Positions 9,564-18,083 of a stretch of 64,000 bases of DNA are shown in pieces. This DNA is from an uncultured Desulfobacterales bacterium. Its GTDB lineage: Bacteria; Desulfobacterota; DSM-4660; Desulfatiglandales; HGW-15. The position numbers were made by a program, and so were the translations under genes. Within the stretch, counting starts at the first letter, position 1. Each line of letters starts with the position of its first letter. The notes beneath the pieces are model-generated. The model did no database searches. It saw only the letters and a list, made by a program, of their open reading frames with translations, and was not told the origin of the DNA. The stretch covers positions 20,585 through 84,584 of the forward strand of contig CAYVDE010000003.1 in assembly GCA_964450535.1 (NCBI GenBank), in the 5' to 3' direction.

Positions 9564-10580
9564 ATGCCCTCTACATGGACAATCAAAAGGACAATCAGAA
9601 TGATGACCGCCATGGCGGCCCTGTGTTTTTGCCTCTTGCCGGGCCTGGTAGCGGCCGATGAGGCGGCTGTTGAAACCCCTTCGGTCGATGAACCCGTTGC
9701 CGTGGTGAATGGGGACCCTGTTACCAAGGGGCAGGTAAATCGTGAGTTGAGCGGGCACCAGCAGAAGATGATACGGTCGGGGCAGTCCCTTACCCCTGAA
9801 CTCATTGCCGGGCTGAGGGTTCAGGTCATCGAGAGCCTGATAGACCGGACCCTGCTTCACCAGGAGAGCGTGAAAGAGGGCATCACAGTGACCGATGAGG
9901 AGGTGGACGAGCAGTTCAGCGAGATCCGGCAGCAATTTACTTCCCAGGACGCATTTGATTCGGCCCTCAATCAAATGAACATGACCGAGGATCTCATCAA
10001 GGACGAACTGCGCAGCGGCATCGCAGTGCACAAGCTCATCAGCGATCGCTTCGGGAAAACCGCTGAGATATCAGAGGAGGAGGCCCGGGCTTTTTATGAC
10101 AGCCACCCCGAGGCCTTTGTCACTCCCGAGCAGGTCCGCGCGAGACACATCCTGATCCAGGCGGATTCCGAGGCCGGGGAAGAGGACGGACAGGAGGCGA
10201 TAAGGTCTCTACAGAAAATCCGCGAGGAAGCCGAGGCAGGGAAAGATTTCGGAGACCTGGCAAAGGAACACTCCCAGTGCCCGAGCAAGGAGAAGGGCGG
10301 GGACCTCGGCTATTTCCCTCGGGGAAAGATGGCGAAGCCGTTCGAGGACGCAGCCTTTGCCTTGAAGCCCGGAGAGATGAGTGGTGTGGTACGGACGCAA
10401 TTCGGGCACCATCTCATCAAGCTCGAGGACCGGAAGGCGGAGGGGGCGGTGCCCTTCGAGGATGTGCAGGAGAGGCTGCGCATATACCTGGGAAGGGAGG
10501 CCATCAAGGAGGCCGTGCAGAGCTACGTCAAACAGCTCCGGGAGGATGCCGTGATTCAGCGGGCCGGTGGTGAGGGATAG
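9564..10580 (+). CDS. secreted peptidyl-prolyl cis-trans isomerase, parvulin type (SurA/PrsA-like)
   Basis: Signal-like N-terminus (MTAMAALCFCLLPGLVAADE). Parvulin domain ARHILI...CPSKEKGGDLGYFPRGKMAKPFEDAAF...GHHLIKLEDR. Confidence 0.85.
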   Translation: MPSTWTIKRTIRMMTAMAALCFCLLPGLVAADEAAVETPSVDEPVAVVNGDPVTKGQVNRELSGHQQKMIRSGQSLTPELIAGLRVQVIESLIDRTLLHQESVKEGITVTDEEVDEQFSEIRQQFTSQDAFDSALNQMNMTEDLIKDELRSGIAVHKLISDRFGKTAEISEEEARAFYDSHPEAFVTPEQVRARHILIQADSEAGEEDGQEAIRSLQKIREEAEAGKDFGDLAKEHSQCPSKEKGGDLGYFPRGKMAKPFEDAAFALKPGEMSGVVRTQFGHHLIKLEDRKAEGAVPFEDVQERLRIYLGREAIKEAVQSYVKQLREDAVIQRAGGEG

Positions 10581-11566
10581 ACCGGGTTGCCCGGTTCCAG
10601 GCCTGCACCGGTATCAAGGTAGTTGCGTATGTAATCGCTTACGGCGTCCTCCAGTGTCATGCACTGGTGGTTGCACCCTGCGGCCCTGAGCTTTTCCATG
10701 TCCGCGCAGGTGTAATACTGGTACTTTTCCCTCAGGTTTTCCGGCATGGGGATGTACTCGATGCGAGGCTCCTTTTCAAGGGCCTTGAACATGGCGCGGG
10801 CCAAGGCGTTCCAGGAACGCGCCCGGCCTGTACCGATATTGAACAGGCCGTTGGCGCGGCGGTTCTCCAGGAAGAAGAGGGTCATCTCCACTGCGTCTTT
10901 CACATAGATGAAGTCCCTCAACTGCTCACCATTTCCGTAATCCGGGCGATACGACTCAAAGAGCCGGATAGTTCCATGATCCCGGGCGTCAGGGTATGCC
11001 TTGTTGACAACGCTTCGCATGCCGCCCTTATGGCCTTCGTTCGGGCCGAACACGTTGAAATACTTGAGCCCTGCGATCCGGTCGAGCCAGCCTCGGCGAA
11101 GGGCGTGAAGATCGAAGAGCTGCTTGGAGTAACCATAGATGTTGAGGGGACGGAGGGTTTGTATAGAGGCCTCGTCGTCCCTGTATCCCCGGGCACCGTC
11201 ACCGTAAGTCGCTGCGCTGGAAGCGTAAATGAAGCGGCAGTTCGGGTGATGCTCCTGCCAGGATGCAAGGCGCAGGGTGTAGCGGTAATTGTTTTCCATG
11301 AGATATCCGGCGTCCGTCTCAGTGGTGGAAGAGCACGCGCCGAGATGAAGGATGGCCCGTATTCGGCTGCCGAAGTCGCCCTTCTCTATCCGCTCTATGA
11401 ATGCATCCCGGTCCAGGTAGTCTGAAAAGCGCAGAGGGACAAGGTTTTTCCACTTTTCGGTCTCATCCAGGTGATCCACGATTAAAATGTCTTTTTCGCC
11501 CCTCTGGTTGAGACGCCAGACAACGGCGCTACCGATGAATCCGGCCCCGCCTGTGACAATGATCAT
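10556..11566 (-). CDS. hldD: ADP-L-glycero-D-manno-heptose 6-epimerase
   Basis: Start reset to ATG 11566 (MIIVTGGAGFIGS Rossmann motif) with GGAGG RBS 8 nt upstream. YASSAATYG and YGYSK catalytic motif. The 3' end overlaps the convergent PPIase gene by 25 nt. Confidence 0.9.
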   Translation of the reverse strand: MIIVTGGAGFIGSAVVWRLNQRGEKDILIVDHLDETEKWKNLVPLRFSDYLDRDAFIERIEKGDFGSRIRAILHLGACSSTTETDAGYLMENNYRYTLRLASWQEHHPNCRFIYASSAATYGDGARGYRDDEASIQTLRPLNIYGYSKQLFDLHALRRGWLDRIAGLKYFNVFGPNEGHKGGMRSVVNKAYPDARDHGTIRLFESYRPDYGNGEQLRDFIYVKDAVEMTLFFLENRRANGLFNIGTGRARSWNALARAMFKALEKEPRIEYIPMPENLREKYQYYTCADMEKLRAAGCNHQCMTLEDAVSDYIRNYLDTGAGLEPGNPVYPSPPAR

Positions 11567-11723
11567 GATCCGTGTCCTCCCGATTCGCATATCTTGCGCA
11601 AAGGCGTTGAGATTGGAAGAAAAGCCCTCTACTTCTTCCAAAAAAGCAAGGAACCCCGATGCCCGTGCAGTCTAGGTCAGGACGGCTTCGAGTGCAAGTC
11701 CTGTGATGGGGCCGTGAAAGGGC

Positions 11724-11753
11724 TTGACAAGGTGGAAAGCGTCTCGGTATGTT
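11724..11753 (+). promoter_or_regulatory. candidate sigma70-type promoter for the sORF-DUF3842-CooT operon
   Basis: TTGACA (11724-11729), 18-nt spacer, TATGTT (11748-11753). About 135 nt upstream of the first ORF. Confidence 0.35.
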
Positions 11754-11816
11754 TATCAGATAACGGGCAAGAAGCCCGTAATTGCACGTAAAATCAGGGT
11801 GTCATGCTCATGAATC

Positions 11817-11878
11817 AAGCCACGAAGGCCATTTGCTCCACAGAGGAGGAGCGATCCTTTGGTGGCTTTTTCATTTGA
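11817..11878 (+). terminator. intrinsic-terminator-like hairpin inside the 5' leader (possible attenuator or riboregulator expression platform)
   Basis: AAGCCACGAAGG ... CCTTTgGTGGCTT followed by TTTCATTTG. Inner stem GCTCC/GGAGC. Ends 10 nt before ATG 11888. Confidence 0.4.
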
Positions 11879-11887
11879 GACGGGACA

Positions 11888-12058
11888 ATGGAAGGTATGG
11901 CTGATATCAATAGACAGTATACATGTATGGACTACCGGCAGGAGATGGTCCTTTTGGGTCTCAGGCGGCGGCTCGAGCAGGAAGACCTGACCGAGGAGGA
12001 AAGGCGGGCGCTCAAAGCCCGGCTGCTGAAACTCGAGTCTGAGATGGAGATGGATTGA
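11888..12058 (+). CDS. small hypothetical protein (56 aa), charged helical C-terminal half
   Basis: Not in the supplied track (below its length cutoff). MEGMADINRQYTCMDYRQEMVLLGLRRRLEQEDLTEEERRALKARLLKLESEMEMD. The stop TGA lies just upstream of the RBS of the next gene. RBS weak. Confidence 0.35.
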   Translation: MEGMADINRQYTCMDYRQEMVLLGLRRRLEQEDLTEEERRALKARLLKLESEMEMD

Positions 12059-12102
12059 TCGACCCGGTCATGGGGCACCCCCCGGGTCAAGGAGGCTTTT
12101 GC

Positions 12103-12519
12103 GTGATCCTGATGGTTGTGGACGGGCAGGGCGGCGGGATCGGTGCAACTGTAATAAAGCGCCTTAGAGAGATCTTCGGTCACGGGCTGGTCATCTATGC
12201 CCTGGGGACCAACTCAGTAGCTACTTCCCGCATGATGAAGGCCGGGGCCAACAAGGGTGCCACGGGTGAAAACGCCATTATGCGGACCGCTTCGTCGGTG
12301 GACGCGATTATCGGCCCCCTTGCCGTGATCATGCCCAACTCCATGATGGGGGAGTTGACCCCGTCCATAGCAGAAGCCATCAGCACGAGCAGTGCAGCCA
12401 AGATACTGATTCCCCTGACCCAGGAGAACATCAGCGTGGTCGGTGTGCAGGGCGAACCGCTGCCCCACCTGGTGGAGAGGGTGGTCGGGGTGTTAAAGGA
12501 GATGGAAAATCATGTGTGA
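12103..12519 (+). CDS. DUF3842-family protein
   Basis: Start set to GTG 12103, 7 nt after AAGGAGG (ATG 12112 is the alternative). ILMVVDGQGGGIGATVIKRL N-terminus typical of this family. Overlaps the next gene by 8 nt. Confidence 0.7.
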   Translation: MILMVVDGQGGGIGATVIKRLREIFGHGLVIYALGTNSVATSRMMKAGANKGATGENAIMRTASSVDAIIGPLAVIMPNSMMGELTPSIAEAISTSSAAKILIPLTQENISVVGVQGEPLPHLVERVVGVLKEMENHV

Positions 12520-12703
12520 AGCCTCAGTGTACATAGAAAAGGAAGGGGCCCAGGAACTGGTCATGGAGAGTGTGGATGTGCTGGAAGAGCAGGGAGACGA
12601 GGTAATGCTGGTGAGCATCTTCGGAGAAGAAAAACGGCTGAGAGCCAAGATCAAGGGATTCGCCCTGGTGAACCACCGGATTGTCCTGGAGCCGGCGGGG
12701 TAA
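12512..12703 (+). CDS. CooT-family nickel-binding protein
   Basis: 63 aa starting MCEASVY (the conserved Cys2 of CooT), then ...VMESVDVLEEQGDEVMLVSIFGEEK...HRIVL. Confidence 0.75.
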   Translation: MCEASVYIEKEGAQELVMESVDVLEEQGDEVMLVSIFGEEKRLRAKIKGFALVNHRIVLEPAG

Positions 12704-12966
12704 TGGCTTTTCCGTTGACATTCCGCCGTCCACAGGCATAGTATCCCGCGCAAAAGCAACTTTGATGGCCTCGTAAAAAAGTCCCTCAGGCCTCACTCCG
12801 GCGAAGGCCGGAATCCAGAGGTTTCTGATTTAACCGAACCCCGTTTTTCAACGGGGTGACGAAGCAGGTCGTTTTCGGGTTTTTTCGACGCCGTCAACTT
12901 TTCGTTACTCAAAGTGAACCTCGTTCAGTTTTAATTATTGAAATGAATGGAAAGGGGATCGAATTC

Positions 12967-13728
12967 ATGAAAAAGGGCGCGTTTGTTCTTATCACATTGG
13001 CATTTCTCATGATCGGGTTGGCAGGTAGCCCCGGCACTGCTGCAGCGGAACAGGAGCTGATTAACGGGATTGACGCCAACTTTCCGCCGTTCGCTTACAT
13101 TGACAAGAATGGAAACCCGGACGGTTTCGATGTGCAGGCCGTGAACTGGATCGCCAAGGAGATGGGCTTCAAGGTCACGCACAAGCCCATTGACTGGGAC
13201 GCCATAATCCCCACCCTTCGTGCAAAGAAGATCGATTTCATCGCCGCGGGCATGAGTATCACTGAAAAGCGAAGGGAGCAGGTAAACTTCACAAACCCAT
13301 ACTGGACAATCACCCAGGTGCTCGTAGTGAAGAACGACTCCAAGCTGACAGTGGATCAAATCCTTGCCGACGGTAACAAGGTGGGAGTGCAGCGCGGCAC
13401 CAGTGAGGCCAAGTGGATTCAGGATAACTTGATCAAAAAAGAGGGAAAAGTCTTCGAACTCGTGATGTACGATTCCGCCCCCTTGTCAGTGGAGGATGTG
13501 GTGAACGGACGGATCGTGGCAGCGGCCATGGACGACGCCCCGGCCGTTGATGCGGCTAAGAAGAAGCCCGTTAAGATCGTGGGCCGATTCGGTATGCCGG
13601 ACGAGGAATTCGGTTACGCTGTGCGCAAGGAAGACCAGGAGCTCCTGGACACGCTTAACGAAGGACTTCGCCGCCTCATGGAATCCCCCTATTGGGAAGA
13701 ACTCAAGGCCAAGTACGAACTGGAGTAA
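12967..13728 (+). CDS. polar amino-acid ABC transporter substrate-binding protein (SBP_bac_3)
   Basis: Start reset to MKKGAFVLITLAFLMIGLAGSPGTAAA (signal peptide). FPPFAYIDKNGNPDGFDV, IAAGMSITEKR motifs. Confidence 0.9.
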   Translation: MKKGAFVLITLAFLMIGLAGSPGTAAAEQELINGIDANFPPFAYIDKNGNPDGFDVQAVNWIAKEMGFKVTHKPIDWDAIIPTLRAKKIDFIAAGMSITEKRREQVNFTNPYWTITQVLVVKNDSKLTVDQILADGNKVGVQRGTSEAKWIQDNLIKKEGKVFELVMYDSAPLSVEDVVNGRIVAAAMDDAPAVDAAKKKPVKIVGRFGMPDEEFGYAVRKEDQELLDTLNEGLRRLMESPYWEELKAKYELE

Positions 13729-13735
13729 GAAGTTT

Positions 13736-14014
13736 CAGTTAGTTTCCATCCAGAAATGGTCTTTTTTGCCAATCTCTGCGTCAATCTGCGAGGTTGTTTG
13801 TGCGGCGTACTCCAGTACGCCTCCGCGCAACCTCTTGATTTCCTTGATCTTGACAAAAAATCCTCATTTCTGAATTGGAAACTTGGTGGTGCCCAAAAAG
13901 CGTTTCTGCTGGATGGGCACCAGTTAGTTTCCATTCTGAATTGGAAACTTGCTTGGGCACCAGTCGTATCCCCCCCATACCACAGGAAGGCACCGGGCAC
14001 GCCCGGTGCCTTCC
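13736..14014. repeat. repeat- and hairpin-rich intercistronic region between the binding-protein and permease genes
   Basis: - CAGTTAGTTTCCAT at 13736 and 13921.
- (C)ATTTCTGAATTGGAAACTTG at 13865 and 13931.
- GGGCACCAG at 13915 and 13955.
- Inverted repeats TGGTGCCCA/TGGGCACCA (13887/13914) and AGTTTCCA/TGGAAACT (13926/13942).
- Hairpin 13790-13834.
- Perfect 14-bp-arm palindrome GGAAGGCACCGGGC-ac-GCCCGGTGCCTTCC (13985-14014). Confidence 0.6.
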
Positions 14015-14064
14015 CCGTTTATGGAGCGGGCCTGATATTCGCCGTTGAGGGTTGAGAAGACGAA

Positions 14065-14733
14065 ATGGAAGAGAGCCTCATAGCGATCCTGGACGCCTTC
14101 CCTTACATGTTGAGGGGATCCATTGTGACCATAGGCGTAGTACTCGGGGCAATGGTGTTGGGGATGACGCTGGGCGTTTTCCTGGCCCTGGGACAGGTCT
14201 ACGGCCCCGGTTTCCTGCAAAGGCCCATCCGGCTCTACATCTGGTTTTTCAGGGGAGTGCCCCTGCTCGTTTTGCTCTTCCTTTTCTACTTCGGTGTGTT
14301 TTCCATGATAGGGATCAACCTGTCGGCCTTCAGCGTGGCGGCGATCGTCCTTGGCCTCATCAGCGGGGCATACCAGTCCCAGATCGTCCGAGGCGCCATC
14401 CTGTCTCTTCCCGAAGGCCAGTTAAAGGCGGCCCGCGCCCTGGGAATGAGTGACCGGCGGGCCATCGTCCACATAATTCTACCTCAGGCCTTGAGGATGT
14501 CCATTCCCGGGTGGTCCAACGAGTACTCCATCGTTCTCAAAGACTCGGCCGTGGCCTATGCCCTGGGCGTACCCGAGATCATGGCCCGCGCCCATTTCGT
14601 GGCGACACGCACCTACGAGCACCTTCCCCTCTATTTCACCGCCGGCCTTGTATTTCTGGTTCTGACCTTCCTTGGGACCAAGGGACTCCGGCTACTGGAA
14701 GAGCGGGTGCGGATTCCTGGGTACGTCAGGTGA
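14065..14733 (+). CDS. amino-acid ABC transporter permease (His/Glu/Gln/Arg/opine family)
   Basis: 222 aa polytopic protein. EAARALGMS-like EAA loop (LKAARALGMSDRRAIVHIILPQAL). Confidence 0.9.
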   Translation: MEESLIAILDAFPYMLRGSIVTIGVVLGAMVLGMTLGVFLALGQVYGPGFLQRPIRLYIWFFRGVPLLVLLFLFYFGVFSMIGINLSAFSVAAIVLGLISGAYQSQIVRGAILSLPEGQLKAARALGMSDRRAIVHIILPQALRMSIPGWSNEYSIVLKDSAVAYALGVPEIMARAHFVATRTYEHLPLYFTAGLVFLVLTFLGTKGLRLLEERVRIPGYVR

Positions 14734-14743
14734 GGAGGCAATT

Positions 14744-15508
14744 ATGAACAAGGGAGATCCGGTCCTCCGAATCGAGGGGGTAACGAAATGCTACGGAGAC
14801 AAGGAGGTACTCAGGGGGGCTTCCTTGTCCATAGGTCAGGGTGAACTCAAGATCCTCATCGGTCCATCAGGCGCTGGAAAGAGCACATTACTCCAGTGCA
14901 TCAACTTCCTGGTACGGCCCGACGAGGGTCGAATCTGGCTGAACGGAGAGGAAGTGCTGGCGGCCCGGAAAAAGGAAATCTATGCCTACCGGCAGAAGGT
15001 GGGAATGATTTTTCAGGATTTCAACCTCTTTGATCATCTCAATGCCCTTAAAAACGTTCAGATTGCGCTGGTCAAGGTAAAGAAAATGCCTAGAGACGAG
15101 GCCCGCAGGCGGGCCGTTATGGAGCTGGACCGCGTGGGTCTCAAGGAACACATGTACAAGTATCCGGCCCAGCTCTCCGGGGGTCAGAAACAGCGCGTGT
15201 CCATCGCCCGGGCCCTGGCCATGGACCCTGAGGTGATGCTCCTGGACGAACCCACATCCGCTCTGGACCCCGAGTTGATCACCGAGGTCCTGGCCGTGAT
15301 ACGCAACCTGGGACTGGACGGCATGACCATGCTCATGGCAACACACCAGATCGGCTTTGCCCTGGACCTGGCTCATGAGATGATCTTCATGGAAGACGGC
15401 CGCATAGTGGAGGCAGGTCCTCCGAGGAAAATCCTGTCCAGCGCGGACTGTGATCGCACGCGGGAGTTCTGCGGCAAGCTGACCGATCTTTACAGTGACT
15501 CCAGGTAA
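14744..15508 (+). CDS. amino-acid ABC transporter ATP-binding protein
   Basis: Start reset to ATG 14744 after GAGGAGG. Walker A GPSGAGKST, signature LSGGQKQRV, Walker B LLDEPTSALD. Confidence 0.9.
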   Translation: MNKGDPVLRIEGVTKCYGDKEVLRGASLSIGQGELKILIGPSGAGKSTLLQCINFLVRPDEGRIWLNGEEVLAARKKEIYAYRQKVGMIFQDFNLFDHLNALKNVQIALVKVKKMPRDEARRRAVMELDRVGLKEHMYKYPAQLSGGQKQRVSIARALAMDPEVMLLDEPTSALDPELITEVLAVIRNLGLDGMTMLMATHQIGFALDLAHEMIFMEDGRIVEAGPPRKILSSADCDRTREFCGKLTDLYSDSR

Positions 15509-16186
15509 ATGATGAACGAGTTACTCCTCCTCCAACAGGATGTATTCCCTGCGCTGATGCGGGGACTATGGGTGAGCGTTCAGCTCATTATCCCATCATC
15601 CATTCTCGGGCTGGCCATTGGTGTGATCGTTGGGGCGGTCCGTGTCTACGGGCATCCCCTGGCCCGTCGCGCGACCGATATCTATGTCACGGTCTTCCGG
15701 GGCTTTCCCCTGGTGGTGCAACTCTTCATATGGTACTTCGGCCTTCCTCATATAGGCATTTACCTGAGCCCTTATGCGGCGTCGGTCCTTGGGTTCACAC
15801 TGTGCAGCAGCGCCTACCACTCGGAGTATGTCCGCGGGGCGTTCATGAGCGTGAAGCAGGGACAGATGCACGCGGCCGAGGCCCTTGGGTTCGGCAGGTT
15901 GAAAATGATAGTCTCGATAATCCTGCCCCAGGCCTTTCGCCGCGCGCTCCCCGGGTGCGGGAACGAACTGATCTACCTGATCAAGTATTCTTCCCTGGCG
16001 TATATGATAACCTGCATAGAACTCACAGGAGAGGGCAAAATCATCGCCTCGGAGACCTTTCGGTTCACCGAGGTGTTCATGATCGTGGGCGCCATTTACC
16101 TTTTTCTGACCACTGTGAGCAGTTGGGCGGTCCAAAAGCTGGAAACCCGCCTGAAGATTCCGGGGTTTGATCACTACGGCATATAA
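15509..16186 (+). CDS. amino-acid ABC transporter permease (second subunit)
   Basis: 225 aa. EAA loop MHAAEALGFGRLKMIVSIILPQAF. The start abuts the ATPase stop. Confidence 0.9.
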   Translation: MMNELLLLQQDVFPALMRGLWVSVQLIIPSSILGLAIGVIVGAVRVYGHPLARRATDIYVTVFRGFPLVVQLFIWYFGLPHIGIYLSPYAASVLGFTLCSSAYHSEYVRGAFMSVKQGQMHAAEALGFGRLKMIVSIILPQAFRRALPGCGNELIYLIKYSSLAYMITCIELTGEGKIIASETFRFTEVFMIVGAIYLFLTTVSSWAVQKLETRLKIPGFDHYGI

Positions 16187-16264
16187 ATCGCCCTTGATCG
16201 GACAGCAATGCTTTAAGTAAGCCCGGGGTTCGGCTTCCGTTTGTCTGTTTCAGCAGATCATTTC

Positions 16265-18058
16265 TTAGATTTTTTCAAGCGACGGGCCGGCAGGCGTTCC
16301 TGCAGGAAGGCCGGCGCACGCGGGCAGGCAGAGCTCCACTTTAGTCCCGCTTTCCGGAGACGAATCAATGGCTATTCTTCCACGTTGCTCGTGAAGAATC
16401 CTTTGGGCCATGGTCAATCCGAGTCCGGAGGCCTGAGGCTTGGAACCGTAAAATGGCTCGAACACATGAGGAAGGTGCTTCTTTTCTATTCCGGGCCCGG
16501 TATCTGAAAACATGACACAGACGTGTTCCGTCTTTGAATAAGTGCAAACCTCCATCTCCCCGCCTTTCGGCATGGCCTCCATGGCGTTCTTAACAACTTT
16601 TTCAAAGGCTATAAAAAGGAGGTCTTTGTCCGCTGTCGCTCCGGGCAGGCCTTCCGGGATGGCTCGAGAAAGAAGGATGCCGGTGGATTCCAGTTGTCCT
16701 TCCCAATCGGTCAAAAAGGCGTTCACGGCATCCGACAAGGAAATTCTTTTGGTCTCAGGTTCCCGGAGGCTCGTTAGTTCGTGGATGTCGGCCACCATAC
16801 GTTCCAGCCGCCGAACTTCCAGAAGAATAATTTCCAGCCAGTTTTGGGGATCTTCATCTCCGGCATACCGCTTTTGCAACCGAAGGGCGAATCCTCCGAT
16901 GGTGGTCAGAGGGTTTCGCACCTGGTGTGCAATGCCGGAAGCCAGCCTTGTGAGTTCCTCCTCCAGGCGCTTGCGGTCGGTGATATCTACGGCGATGGCA
17001 CGTATGCCTCTGGGTTTCCGCTCCCTTACGATGACGCTCGAATGCACCAGAACGGGAAAGCGGGTGCCGTCCTTTCGCACGGCCGTGTATTCCGTTGCGC
17101 CCACGGTCCTGCCGTTCATGATACGCTGCATGTCTTCGTGAATACGGTGCAGATCCTCTTCGGCGAACATGTCTTTCAAGTAAAGGCCCTGCTCGATATC
17201 GTCCTCGGAACGTTGAAGGGCGCTGAACCCGCTTCTACTCAGGAATAGAAACCGGCCTTCCGTATCCGTCTCATAGATGGTCTCCGGGAGCAGGTTCGCC
17301 AGTTCCTGGTAGCGCCTCCTGCTTTCCCTCAGATCATGGTCCCGCTGGTTGATTTGTTCGGCCATGAAGTTAACGTCACGGATGATGGCATCGAGATCCT
17401 GCTGTTTCACTGAAGGAAGCTTGTGATCATAAACACCGGAAGCGATTGTCTCGAGGCCTTGAGCCAGAATCACCAGCGGTCGCCTCAGAAAGACCCTGAG
17501 CAGGATTTGGATGACAATCACTACCGCCAGTGTGACGCAGGATGTCACAAGGATTGTAAAAAACAGGGCCCTCTTCTGTGCTGCAAGAATATGGCGTGGC
17601 GTGAGCGCGACTTCGATGCGGCCTATTTCCTGTTCTCGATATTGAACCGTTCTTGATGCAGTTATCAGCTGCGGTTCCTGGGGCAGGGGAACCTCGTAGA
17701 CCACGGAGCCGGTGTCATCCACAATGCGGAGGCCGGCCAAGTGCTGGGTCTGTGCGTAGGCGTCGGCCACCATGCGCACCGCATGATGGTTGACGTCCCA
17801 CAGGGGCAGCGTCAGTGCGGCAACCAGCTTTTCGGCCATGTCTTCGCATTGCCTTTCAAGGAGCTTTTCCTCTCTGGAAACCGAGCTTTTGTACTCGAGC
17901 AGGCTCAGAACGGATGTCACGGCTAAGATGGTGAGTGTGATGCCGATGATCAGATCGCCGGAAATAGTTCGCTTTTTCATGAAGTGGAAGCGGGAACCGC
18001 CCGCAGTCTCCTCTGGCTTAGGCTTGCCTCTATAATGGACACTATTTGTGTTTCCCAT
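16265..18058 (-). CDS. sensor histidine kinase (TM-HAMP-PAS-HisKA-HATPase)
   Basis: HisKA box GIAHQVRNPLTTIGGF; HATPase G-boxes (DTGPGI, GLGLTMA). A TM helix follows MKKRTISGDLIIGITL. Start uncertain (ATG 18058 or 17980; neither has a clear RBS). Confidence 0.8.
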   Translation of the reverse strand: MGNTNSVHYRGKPKPEETAGGSRFHFMKKRTISGDLIIGITLTILAVTSVLSLLEYKSSVSREEKLLERQCEDMAEKLVAALTLPLWDVNHHAVRMVADAYAQTQHLAGLRIVDDTGSVVYEVPLPQEPQLITASRTVQYREQEIGRIEVALTPRHILAAQKRALFFTILVTSCVTLAVVIVIQILLRVFLRRPLVILAQGLETIASGVYDHKLPSVKQQDLDAIIRDVNFMAEQINQRDHDLRESRRRYQELANLLPETIYETDTEGRFLFLSRSGFSALQRSEDDIEQGLYLKDMFAEEDLHRIHEDMQRIMNGRTVGATEYTAVRKDGTRFPVLVHSSVIVRERKPRGIRAIAVDITDRKRLEEELTRLASGIAHQVRNPLTTIGGFALRLQKRYAGDEDPQNWLEIILLEVRRLERMVADIHELTSLREPETKRISLSDAVNAFLTDWEGQLESTGILLSRAIPEGLPGATADKDLLFIAFEKVVKNAMEAMPKGGEMEVCTYSKTEHVCVMFSDTGPGIEKKHLPHVFEPFYGSKPQASGLGLTMAQRILHEQRGRIAIDSSPESGTKVELCLPACAGLPAGTPAGPSLEKI

Positions 18059-18083
18059 AATACACCCAGGGCGGGTTCATGGC

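Noticed and set aside
12839-12856. Small hairpin CCCCGT-ttttca-ACGGGG downstream of the CooT gene, considered as the operon terminator
   Set aside because: Only a 6-bp stem, with no U-tract on either strand directly after it. Too weak to call, though termination somewhere in 12704-12960 is likely.
13860-13965. Possible CRISPR-like repeat-spacer arrangement; also considered for 1164-1237
   Set aside because: Only two copies of each unit. The units are interleaved and partly inverted rather than regularly spaced, and there are no cas genes in the window. The 1164-1237 heptads have 2-nt spacers, far too short for a CRISPR array.
13689-14055. ORFs of 70-103 aa on both strands across the binding-protein/permease spacer (for example with repeated QVSNSE peptides)
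   Set aside because: The peptide repetition merely mirrors the DNA repeats. There are no RBSs, and the region is dominated by inverted repeats, so it is better explained as structured RNA/REP-like DNA.
15568-16174. Alternative-frame and antisense ORFs (200 and 192 aa) inside the second ABC permease gene
   Set aside because: The permease frame has a clear EAA-loop and TM pattern. The alternatives are Arg/Pro/Gly-rich with no features.
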